Part shown: piece after piece, positions 1 through 8,976 of the stretch
Layout of the letters: every line of letters begins with the position of its first letter
Numbering within the stretch: position 1 is the stretch's first letter
Assembly (NCBI GenBank): GCA_013152905.1
Contig: JAADFI010000013.1
Location: 1 to 30,952 of the forward strand
Origin: Candidatus Micrarchaeota archaeon
GTDB lineage: Archaea; Aenigmatarchaeota; Aenigmatarchaeia; Aenigmatarchaeales; JAADFI01
Length of the DNA stretch: 30,952 nucleotides
Direction: 5' to 3'
Notes under the pieces: generated by a model
The model's input: the letters and a program-made list of their open reading frames with translations, nothing else
Databases searched by the model: none
Told to the model about the DNA's origin: nothing
Program-made: the position numbers and the translations under genes

Positions 1-90
1 CAGAACACGGAAAGGATGTTCGGACCCAACCGCCCCCTGCCTGTGACGATAATACTCTTTCAAAACGTTCATTATTTTTTGGATTTTCAT
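1..90 (-). CDS. Probable endonuclease III (HhH-GPD glycosylase), 5' part only; runs off the window
   Basis: Manual translation from ATG at 90: MKIQKIMNVLKEYYRHRQGAVGSEHPFRVL, open to the window edge. PFRVL matches the usual Nth-family start (xPFxVLIxTILS). Only 30 codons are visible. Confidence 0.5.
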   Translation of the reverse strand, partial: MKIQKIMNVLKEYYRHRQGAVGSEHPFRVL

Positions 91-152
91 ATATTCAGCT
101 CCCTCTGAATCGTTCTAAAAAGCTAAAAAATCTTCACAGCCCGTCTTCACGA

Positions 153-713
153 TCAGTGAGCTATCGCACTAAGCATAGCGAGAAAAATCAGCGAAAAAAT
201 AATCGAAACTATAACACTTAAGATTAATCCAATAACTATACCAGGTACTATGAGCATCGCTAATGCTCTAAGATATGAGACCTCGTGAAGCTTTGCAAGA
301 CCTATTACCTGAAGAATCAAAGACCACAGTCCGATAAGGGGCGAAACAAGTTGGAAAACATTATTGACAGCAAGGAGAAGTATGTTGGGCGTTAAACCAT
401 ATGCAAGTGCTTTGTAGGTCTGGGAATAATCCCCCTTACCACCAAAAAGTCTTGCAAAGAGATGAACTATAGCTGCTCCGATGAACAGACCGACGAAAAG
501 CCCGACCCACATAAGAACCGGTAACAGGACAGGATTCACGGCAAGAGGAAACGTTGAACCGAAAAAATACGCAGATATTCCGAAAAAGATTATTCCTACA
601 GTGAGAAACACCACATAGTACTTCAACGCCTCGCTCCCAACTTCATCCCTAACAGACTCGAAGAAAGCGGTCGGTGAGAGTAAAACCCCCTTGAGTTTTT
701 CAAGGAAGTTCAT
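153..713 (-). CDS. YIP1-family multi-pass membrane protein
   Basis: 186 aa with about 5 hydrophobic segments. The N-terminal LLSPTAFFE and the GGKGDYSQTYKALAY loop are typical of prokaryotic Yip1-domain proteins. Confidence 0.75.
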   Translation of the reverse strand: MNFLEKLKGVLLSPTAFFESVRDEVGSEALKYYVVFLTVGIIFFGISAYFFGSTFPLAVNPVLLPVLMWVGLFVGLFIGAAIVHLFARLFGGKGDYSQTYKALAYGLTPNILLLAVNNVFQLVSPLIGLWSLILQVIGLAKLHEVSYLRALAMLIVPGIVIGLILSVIVSIIFSLIFLAMLSAIAH

Positions 714-843
714 GAAAATTTATATGGAAATTTGATATTTAAATGTTTCGATAGAAAGACTGTGCGGAAAATTTATCCGTAGACTTGAAATCGAATTTTC
801 GAGCGGATAAAAGAATAAGTACTTTTCCGAAGTGATAATAATC

Positions 844-1299
844 ATGAAATACTGGCCGCTTTACGAAAATGTCGACAAAGAAACATCACCCGAGGCAGTC
901 AGGCTCCTTGAGGAACTTCTCGGTACCCTCGACGAAAAAATAAAAACGATCCGGAAACCGCAGGTGAGGGAAAAGCTGAAAAACTGTAAGGAATGCGTGG
1001 CCGCAGTTTATTTGTCTGTACTCCCCCATTACGCAAGATACATCTCCGAACTACAACACCAGCTTCTGTTTTACGTGAGTCGCCTCAACGAAGAGATCGA
1101 TCCGAGGGAACTGGAAGTGATGAAAAAGCCCGTGAAAACGGTTCTCGAAGGTATCAAAAGACTTTCGGCTCTGGGATGGTACAGCGAAGATGAAATGAGA
1201 AACATGGAAGAGTACGTAGACCTGATTTCACCTCTTATAGACAGAAACGATCCTTCGTTTCGCGGCCTCCTTCTCCAGGTCGACCCCAATCTTAATTAA
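844..1299 (+). CDS. Hypothetical soluble helical protein
   Basis: Clean ORF filling the gap, with charged helical composition. ATG at 844 preferred over GTG at 832. No family recognised. Confidence 0.7.
   Translation: MKYWPLYENVDKETSPEAVRLLEELLGTLDEKIKTIRKPQVREKLKNCKECVAAVYLSVLPHYARYISELQHQLLFYVSRLNEEIDPRELEVMKKPVKTVLEGIKRLSALGWYSEDEMRNMEEYVDLISPLIDRNDPSFRGLLLQVDPNLN
1292..1299 (+). promoter_or_regulatory. Candidate TATA box for leaderless lhr transcript
   Basis: TTAATTAA ends 22 nt before the ATG at 1322, the spacing seen at other first genes in this window. Confidence 0.4.
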
Positions 1300-1321
1300 A
1301 CTTCAAATAAAAATTCTATCC

Positions 1322-4036
1322 ATGGAAGTTTTCGACCTCCTGCATCCAAAGGTAGCAGAGCTCGCCAAGAAAAGATTCGGTAAACCCACGCCCGTACAGG
1401 AAAAGGCGATTCCACCCGTTCTGGAAGGAAAAAACACCCTCATAGTTGCACCCACGGGTTTCGGAAAAACCGAGGCAGCCATGCTCCCCGTGTTCAGCAA
1501 ACTCGTTTCCGAGAAACACAGACCGATAGCCGTACTTTACATCACCCCGCTGAAATCTCTTAACAGGGACCTTCTCGAAAGGATTCTTTTCTGGTCGCAA
1601 AAACTCGGCTTCGGCGTCACGGTGAGACACGGCGACACCACACAGTACCAGAGAAAGCTTCAGGTAGAACATCCCGACGAAATTTTCATAATTACACCCG
1701 AACAGCTTCAGGCAATGCTGGTGGGAAAAAGAATAAGAAACCTTCTGAAAAACGTGAAATACGTAGTTATCGATGAGGTGCATGAACTCATCTCGGGGAA
1801 ACGGGGTGCCCAGCTTTCGGCTGCCCTTGAAAGACTCGGGGAACTCACGAGTTTCCAGAGGATATGTCTCTCCGCAACCATAGGCTCGATCAGGGAGGCG
1901 TCGGCGTATTTTTCCTGTGAACATCCGGTCAAAATAGAAGGTGTTAAAAAACTTTCCCTGAAGGTGGAATATGTTCTCCCAAAAAAAGAGGACGTGAAAC
2001 TTTCCGAGCAGCTATTCATTCCTCCCGAATCCGCCGCGCGGATAAGATATCTTTTCGATCTCGGTCAGCAGGGCGGAAGCATGCTGGTTTTCACCAACAC
2101 ACGGGAAGCAGCTGAAATAATCTCCTCCCGTCTCTCGCTTCTGAACCCTGAACACGGTGTTCATCATTCCTCGCTTTCGAAAACCGTAAGAACGGAGACC
2201 GAAAAACTGTTCAAGGCAGAAAAAATAAAAACGCTTGTCTGTACTTCGTCGCTTGAACTCGGTATAGATATAGGCTCAATCGATCTCGTTGTTCAGTACT
2301 CCTCGCCAAGACAGGTCGTCAAACTTCTTCAGCGAGTAGGAAGGAGCGGACACAGCATTTCCCGCAAATCAACAGGTATAATTCTTGCCATGGACGGCGA
2401 CGACCTTTTCGAATCGGCGGTGATATCGAGATTCGCGCTCGAAGGAAAACTCGAAAAAACCAGACTCTGCATACGGCCCTTAGACGTTCTGGCTCACCAG
2501 ATCGTGGGTATGATTCTCGAAGGTGAGAGAAACCCGGAAAATATATTCAGGATACTGAGACGCGCACATCCGTTCTCATCCGTCACGAGAGCGGACTTCG
2601 AAAGCGTCCTGACACTTCTGCAGGAACTGAGAATCCTTTCACACAGACTCGTACCGACAAGAAAGGCGTTCGATTATTATTTTTCAAATATCTCCACCAT
2701 CCCGGATTTCAAGCAGTACAAGGTTATTTCGGTCTCAGGAGAGTTCATAGGTAACGTGGATGAACAGTTCATCGCCAATCTGGAAACCGACAGCTTCATC
2801 GTTAAAGGCAGGCCGTGGAAACTCGTCAGCATCGATTCCGACAGAGTGTTCGTTGAACCGGTCGAAGAACTTGAATCCGCTATTCCGGCCTGGGAAGGCG
2901 AACTCATCCCGGTACCCAGGTTCGTGGCGGAGGAGGTCGAAAAACTTAGAAAAAAGATCGCGGAGTTTCTTCCGGACAGAGAAAAGGCCGAAGAATTCAT
3001 CGTAAAAAACTATCCGGTAGGGCGATCGTGTGCAAGGAGAATGGTAGAGGTGATTGAAAAACACACGAGAAATCATCCTCTACCTGAAACCTTCACGCTC
3101 GAATCCCGCGAGGACTGTGCTGTGCTTCACTCGGCTCTTGGAAGCAGAATAAACGAAACTCTGAGTGTTTATCTTTCATCGATTCTTTCCGCGGATTTCG
3201 GAACGAGCGTTGAGGCTTCCTCTGATCCGTACAGGGTGATAATAAAGAACGCTCCCGTAAACGCGGTGAAAGATGCGCTTCTCTCCGGACATCCCGTAAG
3301 GGAAATTCTGGAAGCTGCCCTTCCGAGGTCATCGGTTTTTTCCTATCGATTCCTCACCGTGGCAAAGAGATTCGGGGTGATATCGAAAAAGGCGGAATAC
3401 GATAAAATCGCAATAAAGAGACTTATCGAAGCTTACCGGGATACGCCGGTCTTCGATGAAACGATGAGAGAAATCCTGGAGGAAAAATTCAATATCCGGG
3501 ATACACAGAAAATCCTTTCGTCCCTTTCGAAAGTGAGGATAATCCACGGCCCGACCGTTCTCGGATCAAGTTTCCTGAGGGCGGACGTGGTGAAGCCCGA
3601 GAGAGCCGAAGAAGAGATAATTCAGCTCGTTAAAAAAAGAATTCTGGAAACAAAGCTCAAACTCGTGTGTCTTAACTGCGGAAAATATTCCTCGGTAAGA
3701 AAGGTATCCGATTTCGGTGAACGACCCGTATGTCTTAAATGCGGCTCGATCGTGCTGGGTGTTTGCAAACCGGATGAGAAACCCGAAAAAACCGTTAAAA
3801 AATATCTCTCCGGGAAAAAACTTTCCGTAGAGGAAGAAAAGCTCCTTAACAGACTTAAAAGAACGGCCGATGTTGTGGTCGATCACGGAGGCGACGGACT
3901 GAAATGTCTTGCCGGCAGGGGCATTGGCCCGGAAACCGCTCTGAGAATTCTTCCATGTAAACGCGAAAAACTTTACAGGGAAATATATCTTGCCGAGAAA
4001 AAATACCTTGAAACCAAAAGATTCTGGAAGGCGTAA
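1322..4036 (+). CDS. lhr: Lhr-like SF2 DEAD/DEAH helicase with C-terminal Cys-rich (Zn-ribbon-like) region
   Basis: Q motif PTPVQ, Walker A APTGFGKT, DEVH, SAT, HHSS, TSSLELGIDIG, QRVGRSGH. C-terminus has CLNC...CLKC and GIGP. Confidence 0.92.
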   Translation: MEVFDLLHPKVAELAKKRFGKPTPVQEKAIPPVLEGKNTLIVAPTGFGKTEAAMLPVFSKLVSEKHRPIAVLYITPLKSLNRDLLERILFWSQKLGFGVTVRHGDTTQYQRKLQVEHPDEIFIITPEQLQAMLVGKRIRNLLKNVKYVVIDEVHELISGKRGAQLSAALERLGELTSFQRICLSATIGSIREASAYFSCEHPVKIEGVKKLSLKVEYVLPKKEDVKLSEQLFIPPESAARIRYLFDLGQQGGSMLVFTNTREAAEIISSRLSLLNPEHGVHHSSLSKTVRTETEKLFKAEKIKTLVCTSSLELGIDIGSIDLVVQYSSPRQVVKLLQRVGRSGHSISRKSTGIILAMDGDDLFESAVISRFALEGKLEKTRLCIRPLDVLAHQIVGMILEGERNPENIFRILRRAHPFSSVTRADFESVLTLLQELRILSHRLVPTRKAFDYYFSNISTIPDFKQYKVISVSGEFIGNVDEQFIANLETDSFIVKGRPWKLVSIDSDRVFVEPVEELESAIPAWEGELIPVPRFVAEEVEKLRKKIAEFLPDREKAEEFIVKNYPVGRSCARRMVEVIEKHTRNHPLPETFTLESREDCAVLHSALGSRINETLSVYLSSILSADFGTSVEASSDPYRVIIKNAPVNAVKDALLSGHPVREILEAALPRSSVFSYRFLTVAKRFGVISKKAEYDKIAIKRLIEAYRDTPVFDETMREILEEKFNIRDTQKILSSLSKVRIIHGPTVLGSSFLRADVVKPERAEEEIIQLVKKRILETKLKLVCLNCGKYSSVRKVSDFGERPVCLKCGSIVLGVCKPDEKPEKTVKKYLSGKKLSVEEEKLLNRLKRTADVVVDHGGDGLKCLAGRGIGPETALRILPCKREKLYREIYLAEKKYLETKRFWKA

Positions 4037-4040
4037 CCGT

Positions 4041-4048
4041 TTTAAATA
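4041..4048 (+). promoter_or_regulatory. Candidate TATA box for deoxyhypusine synthase
   Basis: TTTAAATA ends 19 nt before the ATG at 4068. Confidence 0.4.
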
Positions 4049-4067
4049 TCAGGAAGTCACTCATATT

Positions 4068-5003
4068 ATGGATACCGTCAGGGATCTTGTCTCGAAAAAG
4101 CATAAAACGATTTCCGAGCTGATAAAGGATTTTTCCGCAGTAGGAGGGTTCACAGCCGCCGATCTCTCAAAGGCGTTTAGAATCTGCAGGGAGATGTACT
4201 CCGGTCAAACAACGGTTTTTTTCTCGTTTCCTGCCTGCGTGGTTGCGACGGGTCTCCGCGGCCTTCTGAAAGAATTCGTGAAACTCGGATTCGCCGATGT
4301 TGTGATAACCACATGCGGAACACTTGACCACGACCTCGCAAGGGTATGGGGCGATTATCTTTGCGGAAGTTTCAGCAGCGATGACACCGAGCTGGCCGAA
4401 TCCGGAATACACAGAGTAGGAAACGTTTTCGTTCCGTCCGAAGTCTACGGGCCCATGCTCGAGAAAAAGATTTCCGGTATGCTGGAATTCGATGAACCTG
4501 TACCAACGTACGAACTCGTGTGGAAGCTGGGAAGGGAAATATCATCCGAACCTAAGGCAGAAGAATCCATAGTTTACTGGTGCTGGAAGAAAAAGGTACC
4601 CGTGATAATCCCGGCGATAACTGACGGCGCAATCGGATCGTTTTTGTGGTCAAAATGGGAGGAAAAAAGAAAACCCCTGATCGATGTTTTTGCGGACGAG
4701 CACATGCTCAGCGATATAGTTTTTAACTCAAAAAGCACAGGAGCCGTTGTTATAGGCGGCGGTGTGAGCAAACATCACACGATATGGTGGAATCAGTTCT
4801 GCGGCGGTCTCGATTTCGCGGTTTACCTCTCCACGGCAGATGAGAGAGACGGTTCGCTTTCGGGCGCACCGCCAAGGGAAGCGATATCCTGGAAAAAAAT
4901 AAAACCCGAGGCACGCTACGCTCTTGTCAAGGCGGATGCAACCGTAACGTTTCCTCTTCTTTTCTATTCGCTTGTCGATGAATTTCCCGGTGGGAGAAAA
5001 TGA
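4068..5003 (+). CDS. dys: Deoxyhypusine synthase
   Basis: GGFTA, ITTCGTLDHD, PAITDGAIG, GGGVSKHH, DGSLSGA and EAISWKK motifs. Start moved to ATG 4068 because the ORF-track extension overlaps lhr. Confidence 0.93.
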   Translation: MDTVRDLVSKKHKTISELIKDFSAVGGFTAADLSKAFRICREMYSGQTTVFFSFPACVVATGLRGLLKEFVKLGFADVVITTCGTLDHDLARVWGDYLCGSFSSDDTELAESGIHRVGNVFVPSEVYGPMLEKKISGMLEFDEPVPTYELVWKLGREISSEPKAEESIVYWCWKKKVPVIIPAITDGAIGSFLWSKWEEKRKPLIDVFADEHMLSDIVFNSKSTGAVVIGGGVSKHHTIWWNQFCGGLDFAVYLSTADERDGSLSGAPPREAISWKKIKPEARYALVKADATVTFPLLFYSLVDEFPGGRK

Positions 5004-6574
5004 AAAAAATTCCGGAACTCGTTTTCATTTTTCTTCTCATACTTTCGATATGGATACTGGGATCTTCGAGAACGTGCGAATCATGTCACAGAATCCAGGA
5101 AGGAAACGTTTCGATTCTTCCGCCGCCGTCACCCGAACCCGTACCCGAGCCGGAAGCACCGCAGGAGAGAGAACCGGTAAAGGTTGAAAGGCCTCCGAAA
5201 ATCCAGGAAAACATCACCGTGCTTTCAGGCGTTTTCAGAAAAAATCTCGTAATGGACAGACCGGCAAAAATCGTCGGAAAAAACGCAAAAATCATTCCTC
5301 AGGACCCTTTTCTTCCTGCGATAATGATAACATCCCCCGGGGTCGAAATTTACAACCTTTCCCTTGAATTCGAAAACGTCTCCGGTACGGAAAAACCCGG
5401 TGCGCCCGGGCTTCTCGGAATATACGTTCGAACCCGCGGACCGGTTGTGATTTCGGGTATAACCATAAACGGCTTTCCGACCGGAATAATAATAAATTTC
5501 TCTTCGGATATAACCCTTTCCGGAATCTCGGTTAACGGCACGGAATGGAACGGGCTTTTCGTGCTACATTCGGAAAAAATAAAGGTTTCCGATTCCGGGT
5601 TCACCGGAAGCGCGAAGGCAAGCGGTGTCGTACTCATCGACACGAACGATTCGGTTTTCAGCGCAACGATCTCCTCCGGGAACCCCGGATACGGTTTCTA
5701 TCTCGAAAGATCGTATCGGAATACCTTTTCAGGCGGCTCCGCATCCAAAAACGGTTTCGGTTTTTTCCTCGTATCCTCACCGGAAAATCTGATAAAGGAT
5801 TTTACAGTCTTCGGTAACCGGGCTGAAAATATCCGCCTGGAAGAATCGAATCACACCGTTGTTTTAAATTCGGTGCTGTACGGCTCGAAGGAAGAAAACG
5901 GAATATACCTGAACGAGTCACACCACACGGTGCTTTCCGGGCTCAAAATCTACGGAAACAGATGGAACGGAATTTACGTCAATTCGAGCACAAACGTAAC
6001 CATCAGATCGTGCAAACTCTTCGGAAACACACCGTCCGGGGCATATATTTACCTTTCCTCGGATATAACATTGGAAGGTGTGGAGAGTTTTGAAAACGGC
6101 TGGAGAGGTATTTTCGCGGAGCGATCCTCGGGCATCGATATTACGGATTCTATTATAAGAAACAACCCGGAAGGCATATACCTGGGATTCGTGTCATCGT
6201 CCTCGGTAACTGCTTCGAAAATCGAATCCAATTCGTTTTACGGCGTCCGGGTCGAAAATTCAAGCGGAGTGGTGATACACGATAATATAATAAAGAACAC
6301 GACCGGAAACCAGTGGTCGACCGGAATAATGTTCTCAGGGGTTTCCTCCTCGCGGGTTTACAGAAACGACTTTCTGAACAATTCCAGGAACGCGCTGGAT
6401 GACGGCGCAAACCCGTGGGACAGTGGCTCGGAAGGAAATTACTGGGACGATTTCGACACACCGGAAGAAGGCTGTTCGGACACCGACGGAAACGGCATCT
6501 GCGATTCGCCCTACCCCTCTGTTCGTGATTCGTTCCCGCTTACCTCACGCATAGCTTCGGTGAACTCCCGGTAG
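5000..6574 (+). CDS. Exported/membrane-anchored parallel beta-helix (NosD/CASH-like) protein
   Basis: N-terminal hydrophobic segment, Pro/Glu-rich linker, repeated N..GIYL..S..N.I PbH1 turns, GNYWDD and DTDGNGICDSPY C-terminal motifs, many N-x-S/T sequons. Confidence 0.85.
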   Translation: MKKIPELVFIFLLILSIWILGSSRTCESCHRIQEGNVSILPPPSPEPVPEPEAPQEREPVKVERPPKIQENITVLSGVFRKNLVMDRPAKIVGKNAKIIPQDPFLPAIMITSPGVEIYNLSLEFENVSGTEKPGAPGLLGIYVRTRGPVVISGITINGFPTGIIINFSSDITLSGISVNGTEWNGLFVLHSEKIKVSDSGFTGSAKASGVVLIDTNDSVFSATISSGNPGYGFYLERSYRNTFSGGSASKNGFGFFLVSSPENLIKDFTVFGNRAENIRLEESNHTVVLNSVLYGSKEENGIYLNESHHTVLSGLKIYGNRWNGIYVNSSTNVTIRSCKLFGNTPSGAYIYLSSDITLEGVESFENGWRGIFAERSSGIDITDSIIRNNPEGIYLGFVSSSSVTASKIESNSFYGVRVENSSGVVIHDNIIKNTTGNQWSTGIMFSGVSSSRVYRNDFLNNSRNALDDGANPWDSGSEGNYWDDFDTPEEGCSDTDGNGICDSPYPSVRDSFPLTSRIASVNSR

Positions 6575-7617
6575 TCCGCATCTGTTTTCACGGCCGTGGG
6601 CGAGAAATGTGTTTTCACGGCGGTGAAACCGCGCGACTCGAGAAGCCGGATAACGGCGTCCCTTTTAGGTACGCGCAAACCGAGTTTTTTTGAAAGAACG
6701 TGAAGGTCGTAGTAAAACGGATGCTCTTCGCGGGCAACAACGGAGAGAAATTCCCTGTCCTTATCGCATGCGGACTCGGACATTTTCCGGACGATGTCCC
6801 GCTCACAAATCGATCCTAAATAAATCGGTCCGGTGTAGCACGGCTTTCCGCCGCACGGACACACCGAAAGCTCATCGAACCATCTGTTGCCGCACTCAAA
6901 ACAGTAAAAAACGTATCCGAATTTTTCGGCAAGCTCGCTGATCTTTCCGGGAGATTTTTTTATTCTGCCGAAAAACCTGTAAAAATGCCTCTTTGCAAAA
7001 CACAGCACAGGAAGAAACGCCTTATCCTGAGAAAAACATTCGAGCATTATTCTTGAAAGCACGATCCTGAGTCCGAGTTCGGCAAAAAAATCCGGTTTCT
7101 CGCCGCCGCGAACCATCGAAGAAACACCGTACTTTTTTAAACTTGCCGAAGGATACGAAACTATAGATGTATCCGTGGCCGTGACGAAAAGATACTTCTT
7201 TGCGGCTCTCGCTGCCTGTGAAAGAAAGGGGGACGGTGTACCGAACGGATCGAGATCGACGCATTCAAATTTTTTCGAACCCAGGAGTTCCGCAGCATCC
7301 ATTCTGCTCACATGCACACGTCCGGAGTTCCGGAGACCATTGAGTTCGAGATTTTTGATAATGAGTCTAACAGCCTCCGGGTTTTTGTCGTTGAACCACA
7401 CCCTTTCCACGCCGGACTCGATAAGGTATCTCAGACCCATGATTCCGGTGGCACTCATAACATCGCATATTTCGCGGATCTCAAGAATCTTAGCACAGAG
7501 AACCGAGATGTTTCTGTTGATTTTCATCTCCGGATTGTAAAAAACAGGCATCTCCGAACTTATCCTTTCTGATTCGAAAGTGAAGAACTCCACAGACCCT
7601 TCCCTGATTTTTTTCAC
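6511..7617 (-). CDS. trm1: tRNA (guanine26-N2)-dimethyltransferase
   Basis: VFYNPEMKINRNIS, SATGIMGLRY, NDKN, DLDPFGTP, VTATD, CFEC..CPCG, GPIYLG, and C-terminal KTHFSPTAVKTDA. Confidence 0.93.
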   Translation of the reverse strand: MKKIREGSVEFFTFESERISSEMPVFYNPEMKINRNISVLCAKILEIREICDVMSATGIMGLRYLIESGVERVWFNDKNPEAVRLIIKNLELNGLRNSGRVHVSRMDAAELLGSKKFECVDLDPFGTPSPFLSQAARAAKKYLFVTATDTSIVSYPSASLKKYGVSSMVRGGEKPDFFAELGLRIVLSRIMLECFSQDKAFLPVLCFAKRHFYRFFGRIKKSPGKISELAEKFGYVFYCFECGNRWFDELSVCPCGGKPCYTGPIYLGSICERDIVRKMSESACDKDREFLSVVAREEHPFYYDLHVLSKKLGLRVPKRDAVIRLLESRGFTAVKTHFSPTAVKTDADYREFTEAMREVSGNESRTEG

Positions 7618-8942
7618 TTCTCAGAAGCACCCCTTATTTTAAGGCTATTCGAAAGAGAAACCAGCCTTTTCTCCCCGCATTCGGCGGTTACCCTGGCCTT
7701 CGGCAGCTTCACCTCGCCGATTATCCCGATAACCGGTTTTATTCTGTAATGAAGAACCCTTTCTTCATGTGGCTTCAATTTGCCGACCCTCCATGTAAGT
7801 CTGGTCCCTTCCTCGGTTTTCTTAACATACGGCTTCTTCGTCTCGAACTTTTTATCGACCTCGAAGATCGACGGGACGAAATCAACAACCGTAACCCTTT
7901 CGACCGGTTTTCTTCCGTTTTTAATCTCTAACGATATACTCACGCCGCCGCGCGTTTTAACGATTCTTTTTGCTATCCTTACGGTCGATTCGAAGTACAT
8001 GTAAAGGAAAAATCCTGCAAGCAGAAGAACCGCGAAAACCACCACAGGCCAGTAAACCAGGGTATACTCTATCCTTTTCGTCTCGCCCGGGAGAAGCTGG
8101 AGCTTCCAGGAATAGCCTGTATGCTCCGGGCCCGTGTAGAATTCGAACCACTCCGGCTTTTTCGCCTCAACAACGATTTCCTCTGGCAGATTTCCGAGGT
8201 TTGTAACGGTAAGCGTTACCGTTTTCCAGAAAAGTGACGGCTTCTCGGAAACGGAGCGTTTAATTTCCTTCACCTCGGGAACCCGGCTTTTAGCGGTTTT
8301 TGTATGAAGAACGTTTTCACCCGAAAATACCGAGGCCGAAAATTCTATTTTACCGGGGAGTGCACGCTCGGGTACTTGGAATTCAAAATAAACCTCCCTC
8401 TTTTCCCCGCGTTCGAGAGTGCCTATATCGGCGGTTTTCTGGACTTTCAAGCCGGGCGACTCGAAAATCACTCTGGCGTTGTAAACAGTTCTCGAACCGA
8501 GATTGGAAACAACAACCTTGGCGGTGTAGCTTTTTCCCGGCTCGCAGGGATTGCACACCCTGAGCTCGGTCACGGCAGCCGTGAGCTTTTGCTTAACCGG
8601 TACCGAGACTTTTATCTCCTTCCTTTCACCGTTTTTGGAAACTATGACCGTAAAAATGTAATTGAACTCGAAAGCATCGTAGGGCGGGCTCACCCAAACG
8701 GTCACTTCCTTGACTCCGTTTTTCTTCACGAAAACGTTTGTAGCTTCAAGCGTAAGCCAGGATGATTTTGTCCCGAGAACGGAAAGAGAAAACCAGGCAT
8801 CCTCACCCGTATTTTTTATTTTTACGGTGAAATTTCCCGTATACCCGGCAGTCACCGGAAAAACCCCTGAAACCGAGACCTCGAAAGAAAACCCTACGGG
8901 AATGAGAAAAACCAGTAATACCGGGAGCAGTATACCTCTCAT
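7614..8942 (-). CDS. Single-pass membrane protein with Ig-like (CARDB/NEW3/DUF11-like) beta domains
   Basis: Signal peptide, beta-rich repeats (VKIKNTG, VVVSNLG, LTVTNLGN), a TM helix at YWPVVVFAVLLLAGFFLYMYF, and a further beta domain after it (V.V.DFVP...LTWRVG.L.P.EER.L.Y.I). Confidence 0.8.
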   Translation of the reverse strand: MRGILLPVLLVFLIPVGFSFEVSVSGVFPVTAGYTGNFTVKIKNTGEDAWFSLSVLGTKSSWLTLEATNVFVKKNGVKEVTVWVSPPYDAFEFNYIFTVIVSKNGERKEIKVSVPVKQKLTAAVTELRVCNPCEPGKSYTAKVVVSNLGSRTVYNARVIFESPGLKVQKTADIGTLERGEKREVYFEFQVPERALPGKIEFSASVFSGENVLHTKTAKSRVPEVKEIKRSVSEKPSLFWKTVTLTVTNLGNLPEEIVVEAKKPEWFEFYTGPEHTGYSWKLQLLPGETKRIEYTLVYWPVVVFAVLLLAGFFLYMYFESTVRIAKRIVKTRGGVSISLEIKNGRKPVERVTVVDFVPSIFEVDKKFETKKPYVKKTEEGTRLTWRVGKLKPHEERVLHYRIKPVIGIIGEVKLPKARVTAECGEKRLVSLSNSLKIRGASEK

Positions 8943-8964
8943 CGTTTAAAAAATAGGTTTTTGA

Positions 8965-8973
8965 TTTATATAA
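8965..8973 (-). promoter_or_regulatory. Candidate TATA box for leaderless membrane protein-trm1 transcript
   Basis: TTATATAAA on the minus strand, 22 nt before the ATG at 8942. Confidence 0.5.
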
Positions 8974-8976
8974 GCT

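Noticed and set aside
3990-4067. N-terminal extension of deoxyhypusine synthase overlapping lhr
   Set aside because: No DHS similarity, and a TATA box precedes the ATG at 4068.
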